61,166 nt of DNA from Patescibacteria group bacterium (GTDB lineage: Bacteria > Patescibacteriota > Minisyncoccia > JACQLN01). The notes beneath the pieces were generated by a model, which was not told the origin of the DNA, did no database searches, and saw only the letters and a list, made by a program, of their open reading frames with translations. The stretch covers positions 179,546 to 240,711 of the forward strand of contig JBBTRR010000001.1 of the NCBI GenBank assembly GCA_038065095.1, in the 5' to 3' direction. Both the position numbers and the translations under genes were made by a program. This document shows, piece by piece, positions 45,588-55,014 of this stretch; position 1 is the first letter of the stretch, and each line of letters begins with the position of its first letter.

Positions 45588-46475
45588 ATGCTTGCAATTA
45601 TTCCCAACAGAAAAATATATTTATCAATTTCGGCCTTGCTAGTTGTGTTAAGTATTTTACCCATTATATTTTGGGGTTTAAAATTTGGCATTGATTTTAC
45701 TGGTGGTTCGCAGTGGGAGGTAGAGTTTAAAAATGTTCGCCCTTCAAACGAAGAAGTTTTAAAGTCTTTAGTTTTTTATAAGTTAGAAAATCCTATTTTA
45801 CAGCCGACAGACGACAAGGGTTTGATTTTAAAGTTTAGAACTGTAAATGAAGCTACGCACGAAGCTATGAAACAGGATTTAAACACAACTTTTCCAATTG
45901 AGGAAAAAAAGTTTGATTCCATTGGTCCTGTTATCGGTAAAGAACTTCAGGTTAAATCGATAAAAGCTGTGGCGTATGTTTTAACTTTAATAGTGGCTTA
46001 CATTGCTTGGGCTTTTAGAAAGGTTTCTAAGCCTGTGGCTTCTTGGAAGTATGGAATTATAGCTATTATTGCACTTGTACACGATGTAACTATTCCTATG
46101 GGTGTATTTGCTGTTCTGGGTCATTTTTACGGTATAGAAGTTGATTCATATTTTGTTACTGCTATTTTAACTATTTTAGGTTTTTCGGTTCACGATACCA
46201 TTGTTGTTTTTGATAGAATTAGAGAAAACTTAAGAAAAAATGCTTCGGAAGGCTTTTCTGTTACCATAAACAATAGTGTTAACCAAACTTTTGCCCGTTC
46301 TATTAACACATCCTTTACCGTATTTTTGGTGCTTTTGGCCAGCTATTTTTTAGGAGGAGAAAGTACTAAGAACTTGTCTTTAGTTTTGCTTATAGGGGTA
46401 TTTTTTGGAACTTATTCCTCTATATTTTTGGCAAGTCCCATACTAAGCCTTTGGGCTGGTTCCAATCGTAAATAG
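45588..46475 (+). CDS. secF: protein translocase subunit SecF
   Basis: GIDFTGG motif and the TM topology of SecF. Confidence 0.9.
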   Translation: MLAIIPNRKIYLSISALLVVLSILPIIFWGLKFGIDFTGGSQWEVEFKNVRPSNEEVLKSLVFYKLENPILQPTDDKGLILKFRTVNEATHEAMKQDLNTTFPIEEKKFDSIGPVIGKELQVKSIKAVAYVLTLIVAYIAWAFRKVSKPVASWKYGIIAIIALVHDVTIPMGVFAVLGHFYGIEVDSYFVTAILTILGFSVHDTIVVFDRIRENLRKNASEGFSVTINNSVNQTFARSINTSFTVFLVLLASYFLGGESTKNLSLVLLIGVFFGTYSSIFLASPILSLWAGSNRK

Positions 46476-46564
46476 CCTAGCTTTGCTTGGGTATTATGGC
46501 TATTTGACATATGTTTTAGGTAATGATAGTATATAAAAAACTTAAAAGTTAATATTTAACTCAA

Positions 46565-47596
46565 ATGGTCAAGTTCGACATCAAAAAAATTGTTAGCCGA
46601 TTAGTGGATAACTTGTCGGATCGTTCCAAGGACATAATTTTGTCCCGATTTGGCATTGGTAAAGATGATTATGAAACTTTGGAAGCCATTGGCCAACGCT
46701 ATGGTATTACTCGCGAAAGGGTTCGTCAAATAGAAGCCGATGCTTTAAAGCATGTTAAAAGTGCTTCTAATGAATCTATTATAAAGCCAGTAGTTACCGC
46801 TTTAAACGATTTTATTAAATCTAATGGTGGCGTTATGGATGAGAACGAACTTAAGGCTAGTTTTGCTTCTACCAGTTTTGAAACAAAACCAGAAGCTTCT
46901 AATAAATATGAAGGCGCTACAATGTTTTTCTTAAACTTAGCGGGTAGTTTTGTGCGAACCAAAGAAGACGAGAATTTTTGGCCTCGCTGGGCTTTAGAAA
47001 ATTCTTATGTAAAAACTCAAGAAGCCTTAGTGGCTCACTTAACAGCTCAATTAAAAAAAGAAAAAAAAGTTGTTGGTTTTGAAGAAATGATTAATTGGGC
47101 TAAAAAACATAATACTGTTTTAAACAAAGAAATGGTTTTGGCTTATTTAACTTCTGCTAAAAATATTTCTAAAAACTCCTTTAACGAATGGGGTATGATT
47201 TCTTGGGCCGAAGTTTCGCCTCGGGGTGTTCGTGACAAAGCTTTTTTGGTAATGAAGCGCACTCAAAAACCGATGCACTTTACCGAAGTCGCTACCGAAA
47301 TAAATAAGGCTAGTTTTTCTAAACGAGTAGCTTTACCTCAAACAGTTCACAACGAACTTATTAAAGATGGCCGATTTGTTTTGGTTGGCCGCGGTTTATA
47401 TGCTTTAAAAGATTGGGGTTATGAAGCTGGCACAGTTAAAGATGTAATTAAAAGTGTGCTTACCGCCAAAGGCCCAATGAACCGAGAAGACGTGGTAAAA
47501 TCTGTTTTGGCTAAAAGAATGGTTAAGCCTTCTACAATAATTTTAAATTTAAACGGATTTAAAAAGAAAGACGATAACAAGTATTATTTATCTTAA
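46565..47596 (+). CDS. DNA-binding protein with a sigma-70 region-4-like HTH and a C-terminal HARE-HTH-like domain
   Basis: TLEAIGQRYGITRERVRQIEADALKHV is region-4 like. The C-terminal MHFTEVATEI...GRFVLVGRGLYALKDW is HARE-HTH like. Confidence 0.5.
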   Translation: MVKFDIKKIVSRLVDNLSDRSKDIILSRFGIGKDDYETLEAIGQRYGITRERVRQIEADALKHVKSASNESIIKPVVTALNDFIKSNGGVMDENELKASFASTSFETKPEASNKYEGATMFFLNLAGSFVRTKEDENFWPRWALENSYVKTQEALVAHLTAQLKKEKKVVGFEEMINWAKKHNTVLNKEMVLAYLTSAKNISKNSFNEWGMISWAEVSPRGVRDKAFLVMKRTQKPMHFTEVATEINKASFSKRVALPQTVHNELIKDGRFVLVGRGLYALKDWGYEAGTVKDVIKSVLTAKGPMNREDVVKSVLAKRMVKPSTIILNLNGFKKKDDNKYYLS

Positions 47597-47665
47597 TTAA
47601 TTAGGTAACAGAGGTTAGAAATTAGAGGATAGATTATTAGATTTAAAATATTTAGAAAGATGAAG

Positions 47666-47701
47666 AATCCCCCGAGATAGCGATCGCTATCTCGGGGGAT
47701 T
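47666..47701. repeat. GCGATCGC-centred perfect palindrome P8
   Basis: AATCCCCCGAGATAGCGATCGCTATCTCGGGGGATT has the P6 arms with a compensated G/A...C/T change. Confidence 0.9.
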
Positions 47702-47777
47702 TGATTTTATTAGCCGAGATGTTATAGATTATAGTCAATCAGATTTGTTCCTTAACTCTTAAAAAGGAAGGTTGGCT

Positions 47778-48134
47778 ATGGCTTGGTATTTGATGTATCT
47801 TTATGATTCTGAAATGCCAGACAAGAGGCCTCGTCGTTATTTATTCTCTCGTTTAGAAAATATTCCCCAAGAATGTAGTAGGGAAGCTGAGGCTAGGGCT
47901 AAGGTATTTGCTGAACATATTTGGAGAGGGCTTTTATCTGAGGTTTATAATAAAAGTACAATAACTGATCCAGAAGTAGTTTGGCGAGTGGAGTTAGAAA
48001 TGCCTACCGATGGTTCGGGTAAGTTGGATGCTGATCTTGCTGATGTATTAAAAATGGCCGATGAAATGGAATTAACAGCTGGAGGCGAAGTCTCAGTAGG
48101 AGTCCACGAACCTGACCCAACCGCCGAAGCGTAG
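47778..48134 (+). CDS. orphan acidic hypothetical protein (higher-G+C island)
   Basis: AAGGAAGG lies upstream of ATG 47778 and a hairpin plus T run follows the stop. No recognisable domain. Confidence 0.45.
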   Translation: MAWYLMYLYDSEMPDKRPRRYLFSRLENIPQECSREAEARAKVFAEHIWRGLLSEVYNKSTITDPEVVWRVELEMPTDGSGKLDADLADVLKMADEMELTAGGEVSVGVHEPDPTAEA

Positions 48135-48306
48135 TTTTATAATCGTTCCCAATAAACGGGGACGATTTTTATTTTTTGTCTTCAAAAAATATCCCGAGTA
48201 AAATCGAGGGATTACATTATATTTGACATATAGTCAAATATTTGCTTTAATCAATATTCATGTTCTTTGATTTTTTACTTTAATACCTTAAACCCGAGGA
48301 GGGTGT

Positions 48307-50199
48307 ATGTTGCTCAATTTGATTTACCTACTGTTGAGCCTAGCTTTTATGGGCTGTGATGGTTCCAAGGAATCGCCCGTGTCGTTCAATAGTCCTACGG
48401 GTGGGCGTGATAAGTTCACAAAAGAACTGCATGCCGACTGGGATCTACAGAAAATAGTTTCGCTGGATTCCGTTAGGAACTGGCCGGCCGGAAAGAAAAT
48501 GTTCGTGCGTACGGCTTTTGCTGGCGCCGAACTGGAGGATTTCGAAGTAAAGTTTGTAACTGTAGTAGAAGATGGTTTGCCAACTATGCCTCTTGTTATG
48601 TTGGAGGCATCGGATCCACGCTTGATAGCGCTGGGTGGTGTGGCCCAAGGCATGAGTGGCTCGCCTGTGTTTACCGAAGAGGGTACGGTGGGTGCACTTT
48701 CCTATGGTTTCGATTTGCAAGGTGCCCCGCCGTTTTATTTTATGGCAACACCAATACAAGGAATGATTGACGGAGTTTTTTCTATCGGCAATCCTTCCCT
48801 AAAGAGTGTGGCTGTAAAAATTAAAAAGCTGGTTCCATTGTCTATTCCCATTGCAGTAACTGGGACATCGGCGAAAGCTTTGAAATATTTTTCCGCAATT
48901 GCCCAAAAACATACGGGTAATGGGCAGAGTTTTCTTTTGGAGAGTGGCTCAGCTTCGTCTGGTGAATTTAACCAGAGCTTTGAAGCTGGAGGTCCTCTAG
49001 CTACGGGTTTGGTTGTCGGACCCGAAGTCAAAGCTGCTGCTCTTGGCACCATTACTTATATGAACGGTAACCAGATTTTTGGTTTTGGCCATCCGTTTCT
49101 TTGGCTGGGGCCACAAAGTTTACCGATCGTAGATGCTTACGTCATTGCCGAAATTTCAAATCTGTTTGCGGCGTTCAAATTTTTCTCGTTAGGCGAAAAC
49201 ATTCGTGGAGAACTAACTGCCGACCGCTTGCCCGGAGTTGGGGGAGTTTTGGGCCAGATCCCAAACATGTTGCCAGTTACTGTCACGGTTGATATTCCAA
49301 ATTTCGGGATAAAGACCTTTAAGCATAGTGTCGCTCGTGGTCTTCCTGCAGGTTTCGAAACCGAGCTAAGCGCCATGTCGGTGTTCATACCTGTGCTTAA
49401 TCGCAACGACGACGTAGCTAACAAGTATAGCTTTAGAGTTGATACCAAAATCACTACCGATTTTTCTGATATCGAGATAAAAAACAGTCGGCTTTATTCG
49501 GCTTACGATTCACCAGCTTCAGAAGTCCTTTTTGGTGCCATTGATGAATATTTTTCTTCTCACGGAAGGTTGTTGACCAATCCATACCAGAAACTGCAAA
49601 TAAAGGATGTTACTGTTTCAGTAAAGATGGTGGACAGCCTGCTTATCGGCATGATCACAAAGATACATTCCGACACATCCGTTTTCGCGGGCGATGTGTT
49701 GAAGGTTGGAGTGAACCTTCGTGTAAACAGGACAGAGGACAGGGAGGTTGAGTTTAATGTAGCCATCCCAGACACTTTTCCTGTTGGCATTTATTCAATA
49801 AATGTCGGTCCAAAGAGAGAGGTGAGGTGGTTTATGGAATTTAATGGTATGAGTGACCCTGTTTCCAACGCGCTTTTGCCCGATACCAGTATGTCTGATA
49901 TGAGCATGGATGAGTTTTTAAAAGATGTAAACGCCGAGGATGAAAAAACCATACTCGGTGTGGCTGTGTCTTTTGTTTCTTCTCCCGTGCCAGACAAGAG
50001 AGACTTGGATACAACCAAATTCGCTGGTTTAGATTCTCTTTCTGTGCGGCCTGATTCGGTTGGTTTGCCCCCAAATTTGCTGGGTATGCCCGACATGGGT
50101 ATCACGATTCCAGATAATATGGTTTTATACCAGTCAACAGGGTTGGTTCTTCAAGGAAGCAGAACGATGCAGTTTAGGGTAAAAAGTAAAACAGAGTAA
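48307..50199 (+). CDS. lipoprotein with a SpoIVB (S55)-like serine-peptidase motif
   Basis: Strong GGAGG RBS and the lipobox LAFMGC. GVAQGMSGSPVFTEEGTVGALSYGF resembles the SpoIVB active-site segment. G+C is visibly higher than in the flanks. Confidence 0.5.
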   Translation: MLLNLIYLLLSLAFMGCDGSKESPVSFNSPTGGRDKFTKELHADWDLQKIVSLDSVRNWPAGKKMFVRTAFAGAELEDFEVKFVTVVEDGLPTMPLVMLEASDPRLIALGGVAQGMSGSPVFTEEGTVGALSYGFDLQGAPPFYFMATPIQGMIDGVFSIGNPSLKSVAVKIKKLVPLSIPIAVTGTSAKALKYFSAIAQKHTGNGQSFLLESGSASSGEFNQSFEAGGPLATGLVVGPEVKAAALGTITYMNGNQIFGFGHPFLWLGPQSLPIVDAYVIAEISNLFAAFKFFSLGENIRGELTADRLPGVGGVLGQIPNMLPVTVTVDIPNFGIKTFKHSVARGLPAGFETELSAMSVFIPVLNRNDDVANKYSFRVDTKITTDFSDIEIKNSRLYSAYDSPASEVLFGAIDEYFSSHGRLLTNPYQKLQIKDVTVSVKMVDSLLIGMITKIHSDTSVFAGDVLKVGVNLRVNRTEDREVEFNVAIPDTFPVGIYSINVGPKREVRWFMEFNGMSDPVSNALLPDTSMSDMSMDEFLKDVNAEDEKTILGVAVSFVSSPVPDKRDLDTTKFAGLDSLSVRPDSVGLPPNLLGMPDMGITIPDNMVLYQSTGLVLQGSRTMQFRVKSKTE

Positions 50200-50205
50200 T
50201 CTTAC

Positions 50206-50237
50206 AGCGGTCCGATCTTGTGTCGGACCGCTTTTTA
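50206..50237 (+). terminator. rho-independent terminator
   Basis: AGCGGTCCGA / TCGGACCGCT stem followed by TTTTT. Confidence 0.85.
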
Positions 50238-50277
50238 TTTTGGATTAAATGAGGTAAGTGATAAAATATAATATAAG

Positions 50278-51594
50278 ATGTTGCAAAATCCGTTTGGTTT
50301 GATGTTCAAGGTTTTAGGAATAGTTTCGCACCATATTTGGCTATGGGGCTGGGTTTTCTTGCCTATTCTTTTAGCTCCGTTTTTATGGGATGCATGGCTT
50401 TATTATATACGCATCCGCACTTTAAAAAAGTTTAAGTGGCAGATGTTGGAATTTCGTTTACCGCCAGATGTGGAAAAAAGTCCGTTAGCCATGGAACAAG
50501 TTTTGGCTTTTTTACAGAGCACTCTTTTTAAAGGTGGTTGGTGGAAACGCTATGTAGAAGGGCGTGTGCAGGAATGGTTTAGTTTAGAAATAACTTCTTT
50601 TGATGGTGAACTACATTTTTATATTCGTACTTTGGCGCAGTTTAGAAATTTAGTAGAAGCGGCAATTTATGCTCAATATCCACAGGCAGAAATTTTTGAT
50701 GCCGAAGATTATACTGCCAATGTGCCTGCAGTTATTCCCAACGAAACCCACGATCTTTTTGGTTGTGAACTTAAACTAGCGCGCGAAGATGGTTACCCTA
50801 TACGAACCTATAAAGATTTCGAACTAAAAACTGAAAGTAGTAAGGAGGGTGGTTCTAATATTTCTTTGGTTGACCCTTTGGCAGGTATAGTTGAAACAAT
50901 GACGCGTTTAAAAAAAGGTGAACAAGCATGGATTCAAATAGGAATATTACCAACAGATGATGGTTGGAAAAATGTTGCTACAGAAGCAGTTTTAAAATTA
51001 GTGGGTCGGCCTAAAAAAGAAGTACCACAAGGTTCTTATATGTTAGCACTTCTTAAAAAAGAATTATCTGATCTTGCAACAGGTGTGGTTCAAGCTCCGT
51101 TTAAAACTCCCGAATTTGAACCCTTTGAATGGGGTTCACCTAAAAGCGATAAGCCTCATTCTTTAATGCAATTTCTTACTTCGGGCGAAAAAGAAATTAT
51201 AGAAGGTATTGAACGCAAAATTGCTAAAGTAGGATTTCAGACGGTGCTTAGAGTTGTATATATAGCCACTAAAGAATCTTTTAATATACCAACCTTTTTT
51301 CAGGTGGCTTCTGGTTTTAATCAATTTAGTACTCAAAACTTAAATGCTATTAAAAGGGATGGGGCTACCTTAACTGCAGGTAAATTTCCTTTTAAAAAAA
51401 TGAAAGAAGCGCAAAAAAAGAAATGGATGCTTTTTAAATATAGACTTCGTTTTAAGCCAAAAAGTATGTTTGTAATGAATATAGAAGAATTAGCAACGTT
51501 GTTTCATTTTCCGGGGCGTGTGGTTATGGCACCAAGTTTGCCTAGGGTTCAAGCTAAAAAAGGCGAACCACCAGCAGGGCTTCCCAGTTATTAG
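50278..51594 (+). CDS. membrane protein of unknown function (2 N-terminal TM helices + large soluble domain)
   Basis: 438 aa with no named domain recognised. It lies upstream of the VirD4/TraD-like ATPase. Confidence 0.5.
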   Translation: MLQNPFGLMFKVLGIVSHHIWLWGWVFLPILLAPFLWDAWLYYIRIRTLKKFKWQMLEFRLPPDVEKSPLAMEQVLAFLQSTLFKGGWWKRYVEGRVQEWFSLEITSFDGELHFYIRTLAQFRNLVEAAIYAQYPQAEIFDAEDYTANVPAVIPNETHDLFGCELKLAREDGYPIRTYKDFELKTESSKEGGSNISLVDPLAGIVETMTRLKKGEQAWIQIGILPTDDGWKNVATEAVLKLVGRPKKEVPQGSYMLALLKKELSDLATGVVQAPFKTPEFEPFEWGSPKSDKPHSLMQFLTSGEKEIIEGIERKIAKVGFQTVLRVVYIATKESFNIPTFFQVASGFNQFSTQNLNAIKRDGATLTAGKFPFKKMKEAQKKKWMLFKYRLRFKPKSMFVMNIEELATLFHFPGRVVMAPSLPRVQAKKGEPPAGLPSY

Positions 51595-51630
51595 CTTCCT
51601 TAGCTTTCAGCTTCGTTAGTAATTAGTCGC

Positions 51631-51993
51631 ATGATAAATTCTTATAAAGATTTAATTGTTTGGCAGAAATCACTAAAATTATCTTTGTTAATTTATGAAC
51701 TTACAGAAAAATTTCCAAAAGAAGAAGTTTATGGTTTAACATCGCAAATAAGAAGGTCGGCAGTATCTATCCCATCTAACATAGCTGAAGGCAGGTTCAG
51801 AGGTACTAAAAATGATTTTACTCAATTTTTAAGAATAGCTTACTCTTCGGGGGCAGAACTGGAAACACAGATAGAAATAGCTAGAAATTTATCAAAGACA
51901 AAAAATTTAGATTATTCAAAAATAGATAGTTTGATGGTTGAAGTTATGAAGATGTTAAATGTTATGATAAGAAATATAAATCCTAAAAGCTAA
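51631..51993 (+). CDS. four-helix-bundle protein (23S rRNA intervening-sequence protein family, the family that includes DGR Avd)
   Basis: YKDLIVWQKS...SQIRRSAVSIPSNIAEG...F..FL.IA.SS..ELETQ is the family signature. Confidence 0.8.
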   Translation: MINSYKDLIVWQKSLKLSLLIYELTEKFPKEEVYGLTSQIRRSAVSIPSNIAEGRFRGTKNDFTQFLRIAYSSGAELETQIEIARNLSKTKNLDYSKIDSLMVEVMKMLNVMIRNINPKS

Positions 51994-52016
51994 AGAAGCT
52001 AGTGAAGCTAAAAGCT

Positions 52017-53732
52017 ATGAATGACGAAATAACTTTGTTCGCAGAAACAAATTTCCGCAACGAAAAGCGAAGATTTGGCATTAAAAAAGACGATCGCCGC
52101 AGGCACACCTATATAATTGGTAAAACCGGTATGGGTAAAACGACCATGCTTGAAAATATGATAATTTCCGATATTATCCACGGCAAGGGTTTGGGTTTTA
52201 TAGATCCACACGGGGATTCCGCCGATAAAATTTTAGAGTTTGTTCCACCAGAACGAATAAACGATGTAATTTATTTTGATCCTTCCGATTTAGATATGCC
52301 TATAGCTTTTAATGCTATAGAAAATGTTGAAGCCGAGAAAAAACATTTGGTGGCTTCGGGTTTGATGGGTGTGTTTAAAAAAATCTGGCCCGATGTATGG
52401 TCGGCCAGAATGGAATATATTTTAAACAATACTATTTTAGCTTTGCTTGATTACCCCGGCGCTACCATATTGGGAATTATGCGAATGCTTTCTAATAAAG
52501 AATACAGAAAGCAAGTGGTGGATCAAATTAAAGACCCAATGGTTAAATCTTTTTGGGTAGATGAATTTGCTAAATATACAGATAGGTTTGCGGCCGAAGC
52601 CACGCCGGCTATTCAAAACAAGGTTGGACAGTTTTTGTCGGCGGCGGTTATTCGTAATATTGTGGGGCAGGTAAACAGTGCTATAGATATGCGTAAAGTA
52701 ATGGACGAAGGCAAGATTTTAATTATGAATCTTTCTAAGGGTAAAATTGGCGAAGATAATTCTAAGCTTTTGGGTGGTTTGTTGGTTACCAAACTTCAAT
52801 TGGCTGCAATGAGTCGTGTGGACATTCCCGAAGAAGAACGTCGCGATTTCTTTTTATATGTAGATGAATTTCAAAATTTTGCCACAGAATCTTTTGGTAA
52901 TATTCTTTCCGAAGCTCGCAAATATCGCTTGGCCCTTATTTTGGCTAATCAGTATATCGCTCAATTGGTACAGAGCGTGGGTGGTTCCAAAAGCACAGCA
53001 GTGCGAGACGCAATTTTTGGTAACGTTGGTACCTTAATTTCTTTTAGAGTAGGTGCTGAAGATGCCGAATATTTAGAAAAAGAATTTGCGCCAGAATTTG
53101 TGGCTACCGATATTGTTAATCTGGCTAAATATAATGTTTATTTAAAACTTATGATAGATGGTGCATCTTCACGGGCTTTTTCGGCTACAACTTTGGCGCC
53201 TTATCCTAAACCTGCCGTAAGTAATCGCGACGAGATTATTAAACATTCTAGAGAAACTTATGGCACGCCACGCGAAGACGTAGAAAATGAAATTGCCGAT
53301 TGGGCTGGCGTTAGAGATTTAATGCCATCCAGTATAAAAGCAGCAAAAGCAGAAAGTGACGCCGCTTTCCGTGATGGTTACGATACAGAAGCTGCTCCAG
53401 CGGTCTCTGCTTCTAAACCAAAAAGCGATAAGGATCTTTTTGAAGCTGTTTGTTGGGAAGGTGGCGAGAAAGTTTGGGTGCCGTTTAAGCCCGATGGTGT
53501 TCGCCCAATTTATTGCAAAAACCATTTGTATAAATTAAATGAAGTTAAACAGCAAGTTATTTCCGATCAATTTAAACCAGTAAGTTTGCAAGATGCTTTG
53601 CAAAGAGGTGGCATAATAAACCATATTGGCAACCAATCGCGTTCGCCTAAAAAGAAAAATAAATCTAAAGAACCCTCAGCCGATATAGAAGGTTTGCGTT
53701 CGTTACTTTCGGATATTAAACCTATTTCTTAA
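52017..53732 (+). CDS. VirD4/TraD-like (type IV coupling protein-type) P-loop ATPase with a C-terminal Cys-containing tail
   Basis: GKTGMGKTT Walker A, FLYVDEFQNF Walker B and a RKYRL..ILANQ motif. The tail is C....G..VWVPFKPDGVRPIYCKNH. The track start at 52002 (GTG) lies inside the repeat arm. Confidence 0.7.
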   Translation: MNDEITLFAETNFRNEKRRFGIKKDDRRRHTYIIGKTGMGKTTMLENMIISDIIHGKGLGFIDPHGDSADKILEFVPPERINDVIYFDPSDLDMPIAFNAIENVEAEKKHLVASGLMGVFKKIWPDVWSARMEYILNNTILALLDYPGATILGIMRMLSNKEYRKQVVDQIKDPMVKSFWVDEFAKYTDRFAAEATPAIQNKVGQFLSAAVIRNIVGQVNSAIDMRKVMDEGKILIMNLSKGKIGEDNSKLLGGLLVTKLQLAAMSRVDIPEEERRDFFLYVDEFQNFATESFGNILSEARKYRLALILANQYIAQLVQSVGGSKSTAVRDAIFGNVGTLISFRVGAEDAEYLEKEFAPEFVATDIVNLAKYNVYLKLMIDGASSRAFSATTLAPYPKPAVSNRDEIIKHSRETYGTPREDVENEIADWAGVRDLMPSSIKAAKAESDAAFRDGYDTEAAPAVSASKPKSDKDLFEAVCWEGGEKVWVPFKPDGVRPIYCKNHLYKLNEVKQQVISDQFKPVSLQDALQRGGIINHIGNQSRSPKKKNKSKEPSADIEGLRSLLSDIKPIS

Positions 53733-53836
53733 TGAAGTTTTCTAGTATTTTTAAAAAGATGGTTTTCTAAACCATCTTTTTAAATTAGATAAAGATATAG
53801 ATGACAAAAAATCCAAAAAATGATATTTATTAGTTT

Positions 53837-54916
53837 ATGTCAAATAGCAATAATAGGCGAGTTTATATAGGAATGTCGGGCGGCGTGGATTCAAGCGTCG
53901 CTGCTTTGTTATTAAAAAACGAAGGCTATAATGTAACTGGTATATTTATGAAAAACTGGAGTGATCCAGCTTGGCCTTGCCCATGGCAAGAAGATCGCGC
54001 CGACGCTATGAGGGTTTGTTTAAAACTTGGTATACCTTTTGAAACTTGGGATTTTACAAAAGAGTATAAAGAAAAAGTTGTAGATTATATGATCCGTGAA
54101 TATGCATCTGGCCGAACACCTAACCCAGATGTAATGTGCAACAAAGAAATTAAGTTTGGTTTGTTTTTTGATCGCGCTATAAAATCGGGTGCAGATTATA
54201 TAGCCACTGGCCACTATGTCCGCAAATCACCCGATAATAAATTATTAAAAGCAAAATATTTAGAAAAAGATCAAAGCTATTTTTTATGGACGCTAAAACA
54301 AAATCAAATAGAAAAATGCTTGTTTCCAATAGGCGAGATAGAATCTAAATCAAAAGTCCGCGAGATTGCGGAGAGCGCAAGCTTGCCTACGGCAGGTAAA
54401 AAAGACTCACAGGGTATTTGTTTTATGGGGCCGGTGGATATTAAAGAATTTATAAAACCTTTTGTTAAAAAAGAAATTGGCGATATTGTTACAACCTCTG
54501 GCCAAAAAGTTGGCACGCATGGTGGTTTAGATTTTTATACAATTGGCCAACGCAAAGGTGTTGGTATTGGTGGCACTGGCCCATATTATGTGGCAAAAAA
54601 AGATTATGAAACTAATACTTTAATAGTTTCGCCGGTTACAGATACGCAAGCTTTGGAATCTAAAGAATTAATTGCGACCGGTGTTTCTTTTGCTTGTGGT
54701 GAGCCTGCCGAATCCATTGGTGACGAGCCTCAAACGTCGATCAAAGTACAAGCCTCCATTCGTTATCGCCAAGAACCAGTCCCAGCGACCTTGACCCTAC
54801 TGGCTAATAACCAGTGGCTAGTGGCTTTTGACCATCCTGTTCGCGCTGTATCTTCTGGCCAATCGGTTGTGTTTTATAACGGAGATGAAATGTTGGGCGG
54901 TGGAGTAATTGAATAG
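53837..54916 (+). CDS. mnmA: tRNA-specific 2-thiouridylase
   Basis: GMSGGVDSSVAA PP-loop and KDQSYFL motifs. Confidence 0.93.
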   Translation: MSNSNNRRVYIGMSGGVDSSVAALLLKNEGYNVTGIFMKNWSDPAWPCPWQEDRADAMRVCLKLGIPFETWDFTKEYKEKVVDYMIREYASGRTPNPDVMCNKEIKFGLFFDRAIKSGADYIATGHYVRKSPDNKLLKAKYLEKDQSYFLWTLKQNQIEKCLFPIGEIESKSKVREIAESASLPTAGKKDSQGICFMGPVDIKEFIKPFVKKEIGDIVTTSGQKVGTHGGLDFYTIGQRKGVGIGGTGPYYVAKKDYETNTLIVSPVTDTQALESKELIATGVSFACGEPAESIGDEPQTSIKVQASIRYRQEPVPATLTLLANNQWLVAFDHPVRAVSSGQSVVFYNGDEMLGGGVIE

Positions 54917-54964
54917 TCATTACATATGACATATGTTTAATCTTTAATTAAAATTGTTTTTTGT

Positions 54965-54992
54965 TACTGAATCTACGATCGTAGATTCAGTA
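54965..54992. repeat. CGATCG-centred perfect palindrome P9
   Basis: TACTGAATCTACGATCGTAGATTCAGTA lies 10 nt upstream of TATAAT (55003-55008). Confidence 0.9.
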
Positions 54993-55014
54993 TACGTTAT
55001 GGTATAATTTTAAT

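Noticed and set aside
48324-50105. Series of minus-strand ORFs (48324..48653, 48445..48759, 48735..49052, 49137..49454, 49560..49790, 49791..50105, 49841..50074)
   Set aside because: They are antisense shadows of the 630-codon plus-strand gene, as expected from its higher G+C, and they have no start signals.
51631-51993. Assigning this four-helix-bundle gene as the Avd of the DGR
   Set aside because: It lies 4 kb from the target gene, is separated from it by unrelated housekeeping genes (mnmA) and sits in a different transcription unit. This gene family is also common outside DGRs. It is mentioned only as a possibility.
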